The notes: a model not told the origin generated them from the sequence alone. Positions 47,365-58,654 are shown, counted from the first letter of the stretch. The stretch is 64,000 bases of DNA from Macrostomum lignano (GCA_002269645.1 NIVC01001389.1:62001-126000), one strand, 5' to 3'. Translations and numbers: made by a program.

Positions 47365-48683
47365 TCAGGCGATCACTTTCCCCCGCCGCAGCTCCAGCAG
47401 CTCCTCGCAGCCGCAGTCCAGCAGCTCGCCGAGCACCTCGTCAGTGTGCTCACCCAGCCTGGGCGGCGGCCGCGTCACTTCACCGCGCCGGCCGTCAAAA
47501 CGGACAGCGGGACCCGGAGCGGTGACCCGGCCGGCCGCCGGGTGCTCGCAGGTGACCAGCAGGCCGCTGGCCGGATCTGCCACCGGCGGGCTGGCCAGGG
47601 CCTCCGCCACGGTGTTCACCGGGCCGTACGGCAGGTCGGAGCCCTCCAGCGCCGCCAGCCAATCCGCCAGCGGCCGGGCGCGCACCAGGGCCTGAATTAG
47701 CGGGATCAGGCTCGTCCGGTTAGCAACCCGCAGCCGGTTGCTAAGGAAGCGAGGATCCGTTGCTAGGTGGGGAGCGCCGAGCCGGCGGCAGAGGACGCCG
47801 AATTGGCGGTCGTTGCCGGCGCCCAGGATGAGTTGGCGGCGGTCGCTGGTGTCAAAGGCCTGGTAGGGCGCGAGGTTGGCGTGCCCTGTGCCCCAGCGGC
47901 TCGGCTCCTGGCCTTCGAGGGTCGGTGGGTTCTGTGACGGACAGACAGACAGACTGACTGACAGACAGACAGACAGACTCTGAGCCCCTCACCGGTGTGC
48001 AGGAAGCTGGCAGCCACATGCGACATGGTGGCCACCTGGGTGTCCAGCAGGTTGGCGTCGATCCAGCAGCCCCGGCCGACCTCCCCCAGACTCTCGGCCG
48101 TCCGCCGCCGGTACAGGGCGGCCAGGATGGCGGACAGGGCATACAGGCCGGTGGACAGGTCCGTGACGGCCACCCCGGCCCGGACGGGCGGACCGTCGGG
48201 CTCCCCGGTGATGCCGAGGAAGCCGCCGATGGCAGCCGCGGCGACGTCGTAGCCGGCCCGCCGGCGCCACGGCCCGGACTGGCCGAAGCCGGAGATGCTG
48301 CAGTAGATGAGGCCGGGATTCTAGGCGCTCAGCGAGGCAAAGTCCAGCCCGCGCTTCGCCAGCTTGCCGGGCACGAAGTTCTCCAGCAGGACGTCGCAGC
48401 GCCGGGACAGCCGGCGGACCAGGTCGGCCCCGGCCGGCTGGCCGAAGTCCAGGCAGACACTGCGCTTGTTGCGGTTGACACTCAGGAAGTACACGGAGTC
48501 CTCGGCCGCGAACGGCGGCCCCCACTGCCGGGTCTCGTCCCCGCCGCCCGGCCGCTCCACCTTGATAACATCTGCGCCCATATCGCCCAGGATCATTGAG
48601 CAGTAGGGCCCGGCAAGCACCCGGGTGAGGTCCAGGACTCGAATCCCGGCTAGGGGCCGGTGGGCACTGATGGGGACTGGCGG
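47365..48683 (-). CDS. SUGCT: CoA-transferase family III (CaiB/BaiF; succinyl-CoA:glutarate CoA-transferase-like) with an in-frame TAG; start exon not certain
   Basis: Exon 48683-47993 (PLAGIRVLDLTRVLAGPYCSMILGDMGADVIKVERPGGGDETRQWGPP..NRNKRS..DVLLENFVPG..LSA*NPGLIYCSISGFGQSGP..GYD) and exon 47912-47365 (GHANLAPYQAF..PYGPVNTV..PPPRLGEHTDEVL). TAG at 48321-48323. Confidence 0.9.
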
Positions 48684-48719
48684 CTGTGGGAATCAGAATC
48701 GTGACGAATAGAAGCAAGG

Positions 48720-48894
48720 CTGTCTGTCTGTCTGTCTGTCTTTCTGTCTGTCTGCCTGTCCATCTCTCTGTCCTGTCTGTGTCTTTCCGTCTTTCTGTCT
48801 GTCTGTCTGTCTGTCTGTGTTAGTGTCTTTCTGTCTGTCTTAGTGCGTCTGTCTGTCTGTCTATCTATCTATCTGTCTGTCTGTCTGTCTGACA

Positions 48895-48926
<32 letters not shown>

Positions 48927-48928
48927 GC
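48720..48928. repeat. (TGTC)n microsatellite
   Basis: Direct inspection; a shorter (ACAG)n tract lies in the 80-bp intron 47913-47992. Confidence 0.95.
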
Positions 48929-49512
48929 CAGTCTGGCTCCCCATTCGCGGCTGACCGCAGCGAGCGAGGGCTGGTTCAGCAAGCACTCGTACGGGTATTT
49001 GCCCTCTCGCTAAATTCGACAATTAGCTCATCTAATTGCAGGAAGCGAGCGAGAGGCGCACAGGATGGGGATGGGAAGCGGGGGCAGCCAGCACGCGCAA
49101 CAGGAAATCTTTAATGATGACGAAAAGCAGGTGGGGTCGCAGCTCGAATCCCGACCCGGCAGTGCTGCTCTTTTCCACCCCAAGAGCGTGCCTTCCCGCT
49201 GCCAACTGAAGGATAAAAAAACCGCCCCTAAGATCATTACCTCCGGTAAAAAAGGTGGAATTTTCCAGAATGATCCAACGACTCCAGCAGCAGCGTGGCT
49301 TCAGCTCATAATGACCCCCCGCCAGCAGGCTTTGAGAACAGGCAGTTTTCAAGTGAAACACGAAAAGCACGGCTTGAAGCCTTTTTTGTTTCTTCAATCA
49401 TCGGCTGATCTGTAGCAGTGGCAATGATTACAAACGGCATGCGGTGTATTTTGGTCAGATTGGAACATTTGCATAGCAACTACAAGAGTTTGGATTTTCT
49501 AATCCCAGCTGT

Positions 49513-50037
49513 TCAGCTTCTTGACGACCGGGACGCCTTCGACTTGGCGCCCTCGGCCAGCCGGTCCAGGCGCTCCCTGCCGGAGTCCTTGGCGGCGATG
49601 TTGCCTGGCGGAGCCACAAAGTAGTGCTCCTCGGTCTCGGCCGCGTTGCTCAGCACGGCCGTTCTGGGCTGCTCCGCCGGGGTGTCCGCGCGCAAAGGGC
49701 ATCGCCAGCCCCAGGCCTCCGGCAGAGAGGTCATCGGTTCGACCTCAGGACCAGCGTGCACCAGGCGAAGCTCGTCAGCGAACCGGACAGCCTCAGCCAC
49801 CACTCGGACAGTGTCCGCGGTGTCAAACTGGACGAGGGACAGCCGCTCGAGCAGGGCGATCGTGTCCGAGTCGATGGCGGTGGGCGGGGGAAGCTCGGAG
49901 TCCGCAACGTTGCGCCACGTAGGAGCGTCGGGCACCAGACGGTGGCGGCAGCGGCGGCCGGCGGGCGGGGAGTCAGCGGCGCCGCATGAGCTGCTCGAGC
50001 TGCTGCAGAGATGCCGGGGAAGCCGTTGCCAGGGCCG
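49513..50037 (-). CDS. GATC: Glutamyl-tRNA(Gln) amidotransferase subunit C, mitochondrial; start unresolved
   Basis: IALLERLSLVQF..VAEAVRFADEL..VEPMTSL..LRAD..VLSNAAETEEHYFVAPPGNI matches eukaryotic GatC. The N-terminus is R/S/L-rich like a presequence, but there is no upstream in-frame ATG. Confidence 0.85.
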   Translation of the reverse strand, partial: RPWQRLPRHLCSSSSSSCGAADSPPAGRRCRHRLVPDAPTWRNVADSELPPPTAIDSDTIALLERLSLVQFDTADTVRVVAEAVRFADELRLVHAGPEVEPMTSLPEAWGWRCPLRADTPAEQPRTAVLSNAAETEEHYFVAPPGNIAAKDSGRERLDRLAEGAKSKASRSSRS

Positions 50038-50087
50038 CTGCGGCCCTAGCAACAACAGTGCACGTGGCAGTGCACGCAGCAGAAGGA

Positions 50088-50483
50088 GATAAACCAGAGA
50101 CTCTTAAGACTGCAGCTCACTGATAAACCAGAGACTCTTAAGACTGCAGCTCACTGATAAACCAGACTCTTAAGACTGCAGCTCACTGATAAACCAGATA
50201 CACCCTGACTGCAGCTCAGTGATAAACCAGAGACTCTTAAGACTGCAGCTCACTGATAAACCAGAGACACCCTGACTGCAGCTCACTGATAAACCAGAGA
50301 CACCCTGACTGCAGCTCACTGATAAACCAGAGACACCCTGACTGCAGCTCACTGATAAACCAGAGACACCCTGACTGCAGCTCACTGATAAACCAGAGAC
50401 ACCCTGACTGCAGCTCACTGATAAACCAGATACACTCACACTGCAGCTCACTGATAAACCAGAGACACCCTGACTGCAGCTCA
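50088..50483. repeat. 33-bp minisatellite (GACTGCAGCTCACTGATAAACCAGAGACACCCT)
   Basis: About 12 copies directly upstream of GATC coding sequence. Confidence 0.95.
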
Positions 50484-52601
50484 CAGTTGCGAGAAAAGTT
50501 AGTGAACCCTGACTGAACTTTTAGAACAATCGCAAGTCAATTTTTACCGGCGTTTATTCAAAGAAACAAAAGTTTTAGCAACTAGTTCTGCTCATGTTCA
50601 GCAAAAACTATTGCGTAGTTTGAGCGCAAACTAACCGAAACGAAAAACCAATTTCGAAAAAGATAGTGAACCGCAAAGTTTGGATTGGTCAAACCACAAT
50701 GCATGATGCTTTTTCGAAACCTTTCACGCGAAAACTGTTGCACCAACTGCAATTTAAATGCATTTGCCCAAAGCTGTAAGCCTCAGAGGCTTGCTGCACT
50801 TGTTGTATCATCTCACAACACTGGCCTCGGATACAAGAAGAATTGCCAACCAACTTCGGCTCAGTGCTTCCACTGCTAGAGCTGTCATTCACAAATGGCA
50901 GAAGCGCAACACTGTGACTCCACTGCCTCGGAAGTGGACGGACGACCTGCCAAAGTTTCTGAGCGCACAGCAAGGAGAGCTCAGCCTGTCGACAGTGATC
51001 CAACCGTGACTGCAAGTCAATTGCAGCATCAGCTGATCAATGCAGAATAGAGGTGCACAAGTCAACGGTGCAGGAGTCTTTGAACCGTCAAGGACTTCAC
51101 AGACGAGTTGCTCGCAAGAGACAAAAATTCAAGAGTTGTTTGGGTGGGTACATTTCGCAGAGACGGCTGGCATTAAAACAAAATAATGCATTGCCTACTA
51201 CAAAGTATAGAGGTAGCAGAATCATGCTGTAGGGCTGTAAGTGCTGCAAGTGGAACTGGAAATAATGTCCAACTTCATGAAATTATGAACTCGGTCATGT
51301 GTTAGAATTGAATGAGTTGGAGAGGTTCTGGGTGAGTTGGAGAGGTTCTGGGTGAGTTGGAGAGGTTCTGGGTGAGTTGGAGAGGTTCTGGGTGAGTTGG
51401 AGAGGTTCTGGGTGAGTTGGAGAGGTTCTGGGTGAGTTGGAGAGGTTCTGGGTGAGTTGGAGAGGTTCTGGGTGAGTTGGAGAGGTTCTGGGTGAGTTGG
51501 AGAGGTTCTGGGTGAGTTGGAGAGGTTCTGAATGAGTTGGAGAGGTTCTGGGTGAGTTGGAGAGGTTCTGAATGAGTTGGAGAGGTTCTGAATGAGTTGG
51601 AGAGGTTCTGAATGAGTTGGAGAGGTCATGGATGAGTTGGAGAGGTTCTGGGTGAGTTGGAGAGGTTCTGAATGAGTTGTGAAGAGGTTCTGGGTGATTT
51701 GGAGAGGTCATAGATGAGTTGGAGAGGTTCTGAATGAGTTGGAGAGGTCATGGATGAGTTGGAGAGGTTCTGGGTGAGTTGGAGAGGTTTTGAATGAGTT
51801 GGAGATGTTCTGGGTGATTTGGAGAGGTCATAGATGAGTTGGAGAGGTTCTGAATGAGTTGGAGAGGTTCTGGGTGATTTGGAGAGGTCATAGATGAGTT
51901 GGAGAGGTTCTGAATGAGTTGGAGAGGTTCTGAATGAGTTGGAGAGGTTCTGGGTGAGTTGGAGAGGTTCTGGGTGAGTTGGAGATGTTCTGGGTGAGTT
52001 GGAGAGGTCATGGATGAGTTGGAGAGGTTCTGGGTGAGTTGGAGAGGTTCTGAATGAGTTGGAGAGGTTCTGGGTGAGTTGGAGAGGTCATGGATGAGTT
52101 GGAGAGGTTCTGGGTGAGTTGGAGAGGTCATGGATGAGTTGGAGAGGTTCTGAATGAGTTGGAGAGGTTCTGGGTGAGTTGGAGAGGTCATGGATGAGTT
52201 GGAGAGGTTCTGAATGAGTTGGAGAGGTTCTGGGTGAGTTGGAGAGGTCATGGATGAGTTGGAGAGGTTCTGAATGAGTTGGAGAGGTTCTGCACTGTAG
52301 AATGGGAAAGATTCCTGGAGAGCAGTGCTGTAAATTGATTAACAGTCACAAAAATGTATTGCAGGCTGTTATTGCTGCTATGGATGGAGTTACGAGTACA
52401 AAGCATTAGTTGCTGGAATTTCAAATAAGTTCACTAACTTTTTCAACAGCTGTTTTGTTTTGTGGCCAATTGTGTCCAAACTATGCAATATTTTTTACAG
52501 AAAAGTTACGTAATCACTCACCTCACTAATCACTCCTTAAGAATAATTCACTGGTGCTGATAGAAATTCATTTAGGGTTCACTAAATTGTTCTAATCACT
52601 G
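50484..52601 (+). mobile_element. Tc1/mariner relic (IR/DR type), catalytic core deleted
   Basis: Imperfect TIRs CAGT..TTAGTGAACCCT / AGGGTTCACTAA..ACTG with inner repeats at about 50665 and 52431. HTH fragment RRIANQLRLSASTARAVIHKWQ; LPTTKYRGSRIML*GC segment at about 51190; C-terminal FCTVEW-KIPGEQCCKLINSHKNVLQAVIAA. No TA TSD seen. Confidence 0.82.
51311..52292. repeat. 20-bp satellite (GAGTTGGAGAGGTTCTG[GGT/AAT]) inside the Tc1 relic
   Basis: About 49 units with three main variants. Confidence 0.97.
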
Positions 52602-53036
52602 ATAAACCAGAGCCACTCCTATTGCAGTTAAGTACTGACTACAGTGCCTGCCTACTAAAAGTAGCTGTTAAATAAATTGTACATAAGTCAACGAAACGCA
52701 AAACATATTTTAAAGAAGTTGAGAAAATGAACGCGAAAGTAATTTAACTTGAGAAGATGATCCGAGTGGCAGAGCTCAATGTAATTATGAATTTTTATCG
52801 GTCTTAGTTTCTATATACAGTCACAGAAAGATGGAAACACGATGCATTAAACTAAAAAATAGACAAAACAACAAAAAATGAATAAATATGATTATAATGA
52901 CGTGGGAAAGGGTTAAATAAAAAATGAAAAGATTTTCAATTGGATTATGAAAATGAAATCAAAACAATGAAAAAAGATCATGAACGCCCTAAACTACTTA
53001 ATGGATTTTTTGCGAGAGGGCAAATTTTTGCTTTGT

Positions 53037-53610
53037 TGTTAGGGCGATTCTCACCTGGGCTGTTAGGGCGATTCTCACCTGGGCTGTTAGAGCGATTCTC
53101 ACCTGGGCTGTTAGGGCGATTCTCACCTGGGCTGTTAGGGCGATTCTCACCTGGGCTGTTAGGGCGATTCTCACCTGGGCTGTTAGGGCGATTCTCACCT
53201 GGGCTGTTAGAGCGATTCTCACCTGGGCTGTTAGGGCGATTCTCACCTGGGCTGTTAGGGCGATTCTCACCTGGGCTGTTAGGGCGATTCTCACCTGGGC
53301 TGTTAGGGCGATTCTCACCTGGGCTGTTAGAGCGATTCTCACCTGGGCTGTTAGGGCGATTCTCACCTGGGCTGTTAGGGCGATTCTCACCTGGGCTGTT
53401 AGGGCGATTCTCACCTGGGCTGTTAGGGCGATTCTCACCTGGGCTGTTAGGGCAACTCTCACCTGGGCTGTTACGGCAATTCTCACCTGGGTTGCTAGGG
53501 CGATTCTCACCTGGGCTGTTAGGGCAATTCTCACCTGGGCTGTTAGGGCGATTCTCACCTGGGCTGTTAGGGCGATTCTCACCTGGGCTGTTAGAGCGAT
53601 TCTCACCTGG
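53037..53610. repeat. 24-bp minisatellite (GTTAGGGCGATTCTCACCTGGGCT), about 24 copies
   Basis: Direct inspection; lies just downstream of the SPATA20 stop. Confidence 0.97.
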
Positions 53611-53766
53611 TTTTGAGTCTATAACAACTAGAATTCTCTAGCGTGAGGGGTCAATTCACACGAATGGGTGCACGAGCTGGCCACGCAGCTGAAGGCGCAG
53701 CATCAGTGAGTGCTAGAACTTATCAATGAATCCCAGAAGCCGATGACACAGAATCCTCCGCAGCCA

Positions 53767-56700
53767 TCAGATGCCGGCCAGCAGGTCAGCCAGCTCGGCA
53801 GGCTCGGTCACGGGCAGCTGGCAGGTGAAATCCCGGCACAGGTAGGCGGCTGCCCGGCCATCAATCGGGCCGTAGCCGCTGCACCATCCAGCATCCTGCG
53901 GCCTCATCAGCGTCAGGTCCGGCCGGCGCACGGGACCGTCCGAGGACCAGGCGGCCTGCAGCAGCGGCTCCAGCTGGTCCTCGGCCGGGGCGGCCAGCAC
54001 CAGGGTGGCCGGTGGCCCGGCCGCGGTCAGCAGGCAGGCGGAGGCCATCTCGGTCAGGGCCATGGGCTGCCGGCCCAGGGTCTGGCTGAACCTGTTCAAC
54101 AGCTCGCCGCCGCGGCTGCTGTAGCTGCCGCTGTTGTCGTCTAAGGCGCGCAGACTGGCCAGGTTGACGGCCGACACGGAGTTGCCGCACGGCTCGGCGC
54201 CGTCGTGATCGTCGAGGAGGCGCAGCGGCAGCTCGGGGGCAGCGGCGTTGGCGGCGTCGCCCGCATCAGCTGACTGGCGCCTGCGGGGGCGGTTCGAGTC
54301 TTGACTTTTGGTTCTTGGGGAGGCTGCTGAGTCTTGGTTCTTGGGGAGGCTGCTGAGTCTTGGTTCTTGGGGAGGCTGCTGAGTCTTGGTTCTTGGGGAG
54401 GCTGCTGAGTCTTGGTTCTTGGGGAGGCTGCTGAGTCTTGGTTCTTGGGGAGGCTGTTTGAGTCTTATTTGGAACGTGAAGCTGACATCCCTAAGGTGTC
54501 ACCTGGTGTCAAAGTAGGCCTTGGCCTCCGAGCACCAGAAAGCCGCATCCTGCTCAGCCTGCAGCTGGCGCGCCCAAGCCAGGTAGGGCTGGTGCAGGGT
54601 CGCCCGGTACAGCTGCAGCAGGGCGCCGATGAGCTGGGCGTGATCGTCAAGGAATGCCTTCACGGGCGCCGGGCCCAGGGTGACGCCGTCCTGGCCGTCC
54701 GGATAGGCCACTCGGTACAGGGTGCGCGTGTCCTCGCGCCACAGATGGCACCGAATGAACTCTGCTCCGCGACGGGCGTGCTCGAGCCAGTCGGGACGGT
54801 TCAACAGACGGCCGGCCTGGGCCAGCGCCGAGATCATCATGGAGTTCCAGCAGGTGAGCAGCTGGAGCAGGTGGGATTATCTTCGGTAAAACGAGCTAGT
54901 CCGTTGCTATGTTGTTGCTAGGGGATATCGACTCGTTGCTAAGGGACGCATGCACGTTGTTAAGGGACGCCTGTACGTTGCTAAGGGACGCCTGTACGTT
55001 GCTAGGGACACCTATACGTTGCTAGGGATATCTATACGTTGCTAAAGGACACGTATACGTTGCTAAGGGACGCTATACGTAGCTAAAGGACACCTATACG
55101 TTGCTAAGGGACACCTATACGTTGCTAAGGCACACCTATACGTTGCTAATGAACACCTAAGCGTTGCTAACACTATACGCTGCTGTCGACAATATGATGT
55201 GAAGAGGCTCCCCTGTTGACCAACAGCTCTAAAACCCCCCACCTTGTCGTCCAGATGCGGCGGCGGTCGCTTCGCTCGAACCTCGCGCAGCCGGAGCAGG
55301 CAGTCGGTGATGCCTGCCCGCAGCTGCTGCTCTGACAGGCCGAGCTGCTGGGCCAGCTCCCGCCAGGCCTTGCGCCGGATCAGCACGTTCTGGCCGCGCA
55401 GCTCGTCGTGCGGGTCCTGGTATGGGTCCACGTTGCCCGCCTCGGCGCAAGAGTACACCGCGGCAAATGCCTGCGGGCCGGAGTGACGGGCAGAAGCTGG
55501 GAATGAAGGGGATCTGGGAGCTGGGTGGCGGTCTTGCAACTGAGGATCTGAAAGACTGGCCCAGCAACTGAGGGTCTGGAAGGCTGGCCCAGCAACTGAG
55601 GATCTGGGAGGCTGGCCTACTAGCAACTGTGGATCTGAAAGACTGGCCCAGCAACTGAGGGTCTGAAAGGCTGGCCCAGCAACTGAGGATCTGGGAGGCT
55701 GGCTTAGCAACTGAGGATCTGGGAGGCTGGCTTAGCAACTGAGGATCTGGATCTTCCCGCTCACCTTCAAATAGGGCACGTCGCCAATTGAGCCGCCCTC
55801 CAGCGCGGCGGCCAGCTGTCCCCAGGTCCACACGCAGAAGGCGCCCTCCTTCTTGCCGTGCCCGTGGCCGCCAGCGGCATCCTCAGCCGAGCCCTCCGGC
55901 AGCGAGTCGGCGTCCTGGGCGCTGTAGAAGCCGCCGGCCGGGTGTGACAGCTCCCGACAGACGTACTCCACAATGCCCACGGCCGTGTCTGCGAGCTCCT
56001 TGGCCGTCCCGGCGTCCTCCTTGGCGCAGAGACGCGAGGTGACAGCGAAGGTGGAGCACAGCTGGGCCTGGTCGTACAGCATCTTCTCAAAGTGCGGCAC
56101 GTGCCACTTGGCGTCCGTGGAGTAGCGGTGGAAGCCGCCGTTGACGTGGTCGTGGATGCCGCCGCGGGCCATGCAGTCTAGCGTGAGGCGGCACATCGCC
56201 AGGGCCTCGGCGGACTCGGCCGGGTCGGCGGCGGACCGCAGGCCGGCCAGGCGCAGCAGGAAGGCCAGCAGCGACGGCTGCGGGAATTTGGGGGCCCGGC
56301 CGAAGCCGCCCAGCTCCGAGTCGAACCGGTCGCGCAGCTGGCGGAGGCAGAGGGCGGCCGGCCGGCTCGGGTCGAAGGCGGCCGCGGACGGCGGCGCTGG
56401 CGGCACCGCGTGTTTGCGGAGGGCGGCCAGAATCTCCGTGCCCTGCGTCTCCACCTGGGGTGGGTTAGAGGAGACAGAGGTTTGAACACTTTGAAAGCGT
56501 CTGAGCACACTGATCTCTTCCAATAAGCGTCTGAGCACACTGATCTCTTCCAATAAGCGCCTGAGCACACTGATCTCTTCCAATAAGCGTCTGAGCACAC
56601 TGATCTCTTTCAATAAGCGCCTGAGCACACTGATCTCTTCCAATAAGCGCCTGAGCACACTGATCTCTTCCAATAAGCGTCTGAGCACACTGATCTCTTC

Positions 56701-58654
56701 CAATAAGCGTCTGAGCACACTGATCTCTTCCAATAAGCGTCTGAGCACACTGATCTCTTCCAATAAGCGTCTGAGCACACTGATCTCTTCCAATAAGCGT
56801 CTGAGCACACTGATCTCTTCCAATAAGCGCCTGAGCACACTGATCACTCCCGATAAGCACTGAGCACACTGAACACTCCCGATAAGCACTGAGCACACTG
56901 AACACTCCCGATAAGCACTGAGCACACTGATCACTCCCGATAAGCACTGAGCACACTGAACACTCCCGATAAGCACTGAGCACACTGAACACTCCCGATA
57001 AGCACTGAGCACACTGAACACTCCCGATAAGCACTGAGCACACTGATCACTCCCGATAAGCACTGAGCACACTGAACACTCCCGATAAGCACTGAGCACA
57101 CTGAACACTCCCGATAAGCACTGAGCACACTGATCACTCCCGATAAGCACTGAGCACACTGATCACTTCCAATAAGCGCCTGAGCACACTGATCACTCCC
57201 GATAAGCACTGAGCACACTGATCACTCCCGATAAGCACTGAGCACACTGATCACTCCCGATAAGCACTGAGCACACTGATCACTCCCGATAAGCACTGAG
57301 CACACTGAACACTCCCGATAAGCACTGAGCACACTGAACACTCCCGATAAGCACTGAGCACACTGAACACTCCCGATAAGCACTGAGCACACTGATCACT
57401 TCCGATAAGCACTGAGCACACTGATCACTCCCGATAAGCACTGAGCACACTGAACACTCCCGATAAGCACTGAGCACACTGATCACTCCCGATAAGCACT
57501 GAGCACACGCATCGCACCTGGTCCCTCTTGTTCCTCCAGCTGTCGGACAGAGACTGCAGGACAGAGGCGAACCCGGGCCGGCCGAAGTACCTGTTCTCAG
57601 GCGGAAAGTAGGTGCCGCCAAAGATAGGCCGCTTGTCCGGGGTCAGCCAGACGGACAGGGGCCAGCCACCGCCGACTCCCAGGGCCAGCACGAAGTTCAT
57701 GTACACCCGGTCCACGTCCGGCCGCTCTTCGCGGTCCAACTGCGGGAATGGAGGCGCAGATTTTAGTTCGGCATAAGCATTATTGATGGCGGATTTCAGA
57801 CGTGACGGGATTAAGAGGCTGGAGAATTTAGATAAGTAATTCAGGGGATTAGGGAGTTCGGGGAAGGGACAGGAAGAATTTATCTGAAGCTTTTATGGGA
57901 TTGGGAATTTAGAGGCTGGTGGTTATCCAAAGGATGGGGAATTTAGAAGCTAGGGGTATGCAAGGGATGGGGAATTTAGAAGCTAAGGGTATGCAAAGGA
58001 TGGGGAATTTAGAAGCTGGGGTATGCAAGGGATGGGGAATTTAGAAGCTGGGGTATGCAAGGGATGGGGAATTTAGAAGCTGGGGTATGCAAGGGATGGA
58101 GAATTTAGAAGCTGGGGTATGCAAGGGATGGAGAATTTAGAAGCTAGGGGTATGCAAGGGATGGAGAATTTAGAAGCTGGGGTATGCAAGGGGTGGAGAA
58201 TTTAGAAGCTAGGGGTATGCAAGGGATGGAGAATTTAGAAGCTAGGGGTATGCAAGGGATGGGGAATTTAGAAGCTAGGGGTATGCAAGGGATGGGGAAT
58301 TTAGAAGCTAGGGGTATGCAAGGGATGGGGAATTTAGATATATGTAGATCAGCATACTCCAACCCAGTAGCTCACCTTGATGCTGACAAAATTGTCATTG
58401 AGCAGCTTGGCAATGTCGGCATTCTGAAAGGACTCCCTGTGCATGACGTGGCACCAGTGGCAGGTGGAGTAGCCAATGCTCAGGAACACCAGCTGGTCCC
58501 TGGCCTTGGCCAGCGCGAACGCTTCGTCCCCCCAGGGCTGCCAGTGGACCGGGTCGTTGGCGTGCTGGGCCAGGTAAGGCGACCGGGACAGGTGCAGGCG
58601 GTTGCTGGCCTGACTGCTGCTGCTTCTAGAGGACTGGGCCGCTGCCTGAGCCAT
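53767..58654 (-). CDS. SPATA20: Spermatogenesis-associated protein 20 (thioredoxin-like DUF255 plus glycoside hydrolase-like domain)
   Basis: Exons 58654-58376 ([42 protein letters not shown]), 57739-57518 ([30 protein letters not shown]), 56454-55765 ([51 protein letters not shown]), 55470-55243 (PHLDDK), 54861-54503 ([15 protein letters not shown]), 54280-53767 ([27 protein letters not shown]). All phases are consistent. Confidence 0.97.
54305..54460. repeat. 26-bp minisatellite (GCTGCTGAGTCTTGGTTCTTGGGGAG) in SPATA20 intron 5
   Basis: Direct inspection. Confidence 0.92.
54925..55165. repeat. About 21-bp degenerate repeat (GTTGCTAAGGGACGCCTGTAC) in SPATA20 intron 4
   Basis: Direct inspection. 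Confidence 0.85.
55520..55752. repeat. 28-bp minisatellite in SPATA20 intron 3, same family as 25600-26040
   Basis: The reverse complement reads CCAGCCTCCCAGATCCTCAGTTGCT. Confidence 0.88.
56497..57508. repeat. Compound 30-bp / 29-bp minisatellite filling SPATA20 intron 2
   Basis: GCGTCTGAGCACACTGATCTCTTCCAATAA block followed by GCACTGAGCACACTGAACACTCCCGATAA block. Confidence 0.97.
57920..58337. repeat. 33-bp minisatellite (TTTAGAAGCTAGGGGTATGCAAGGGATGGGGAA) in SPATA20 intron 1
   Basis: Direct inspection. Confidence 0.95.

Noticed and set aside
48321-48323. A-to-I editing of UAG to Trp, or pyrrolysine, rescuing SUGCT
   Set aside because: Trp is not typical at this position in family III CoA-transferases, and pyrrolysine is not known in animals.
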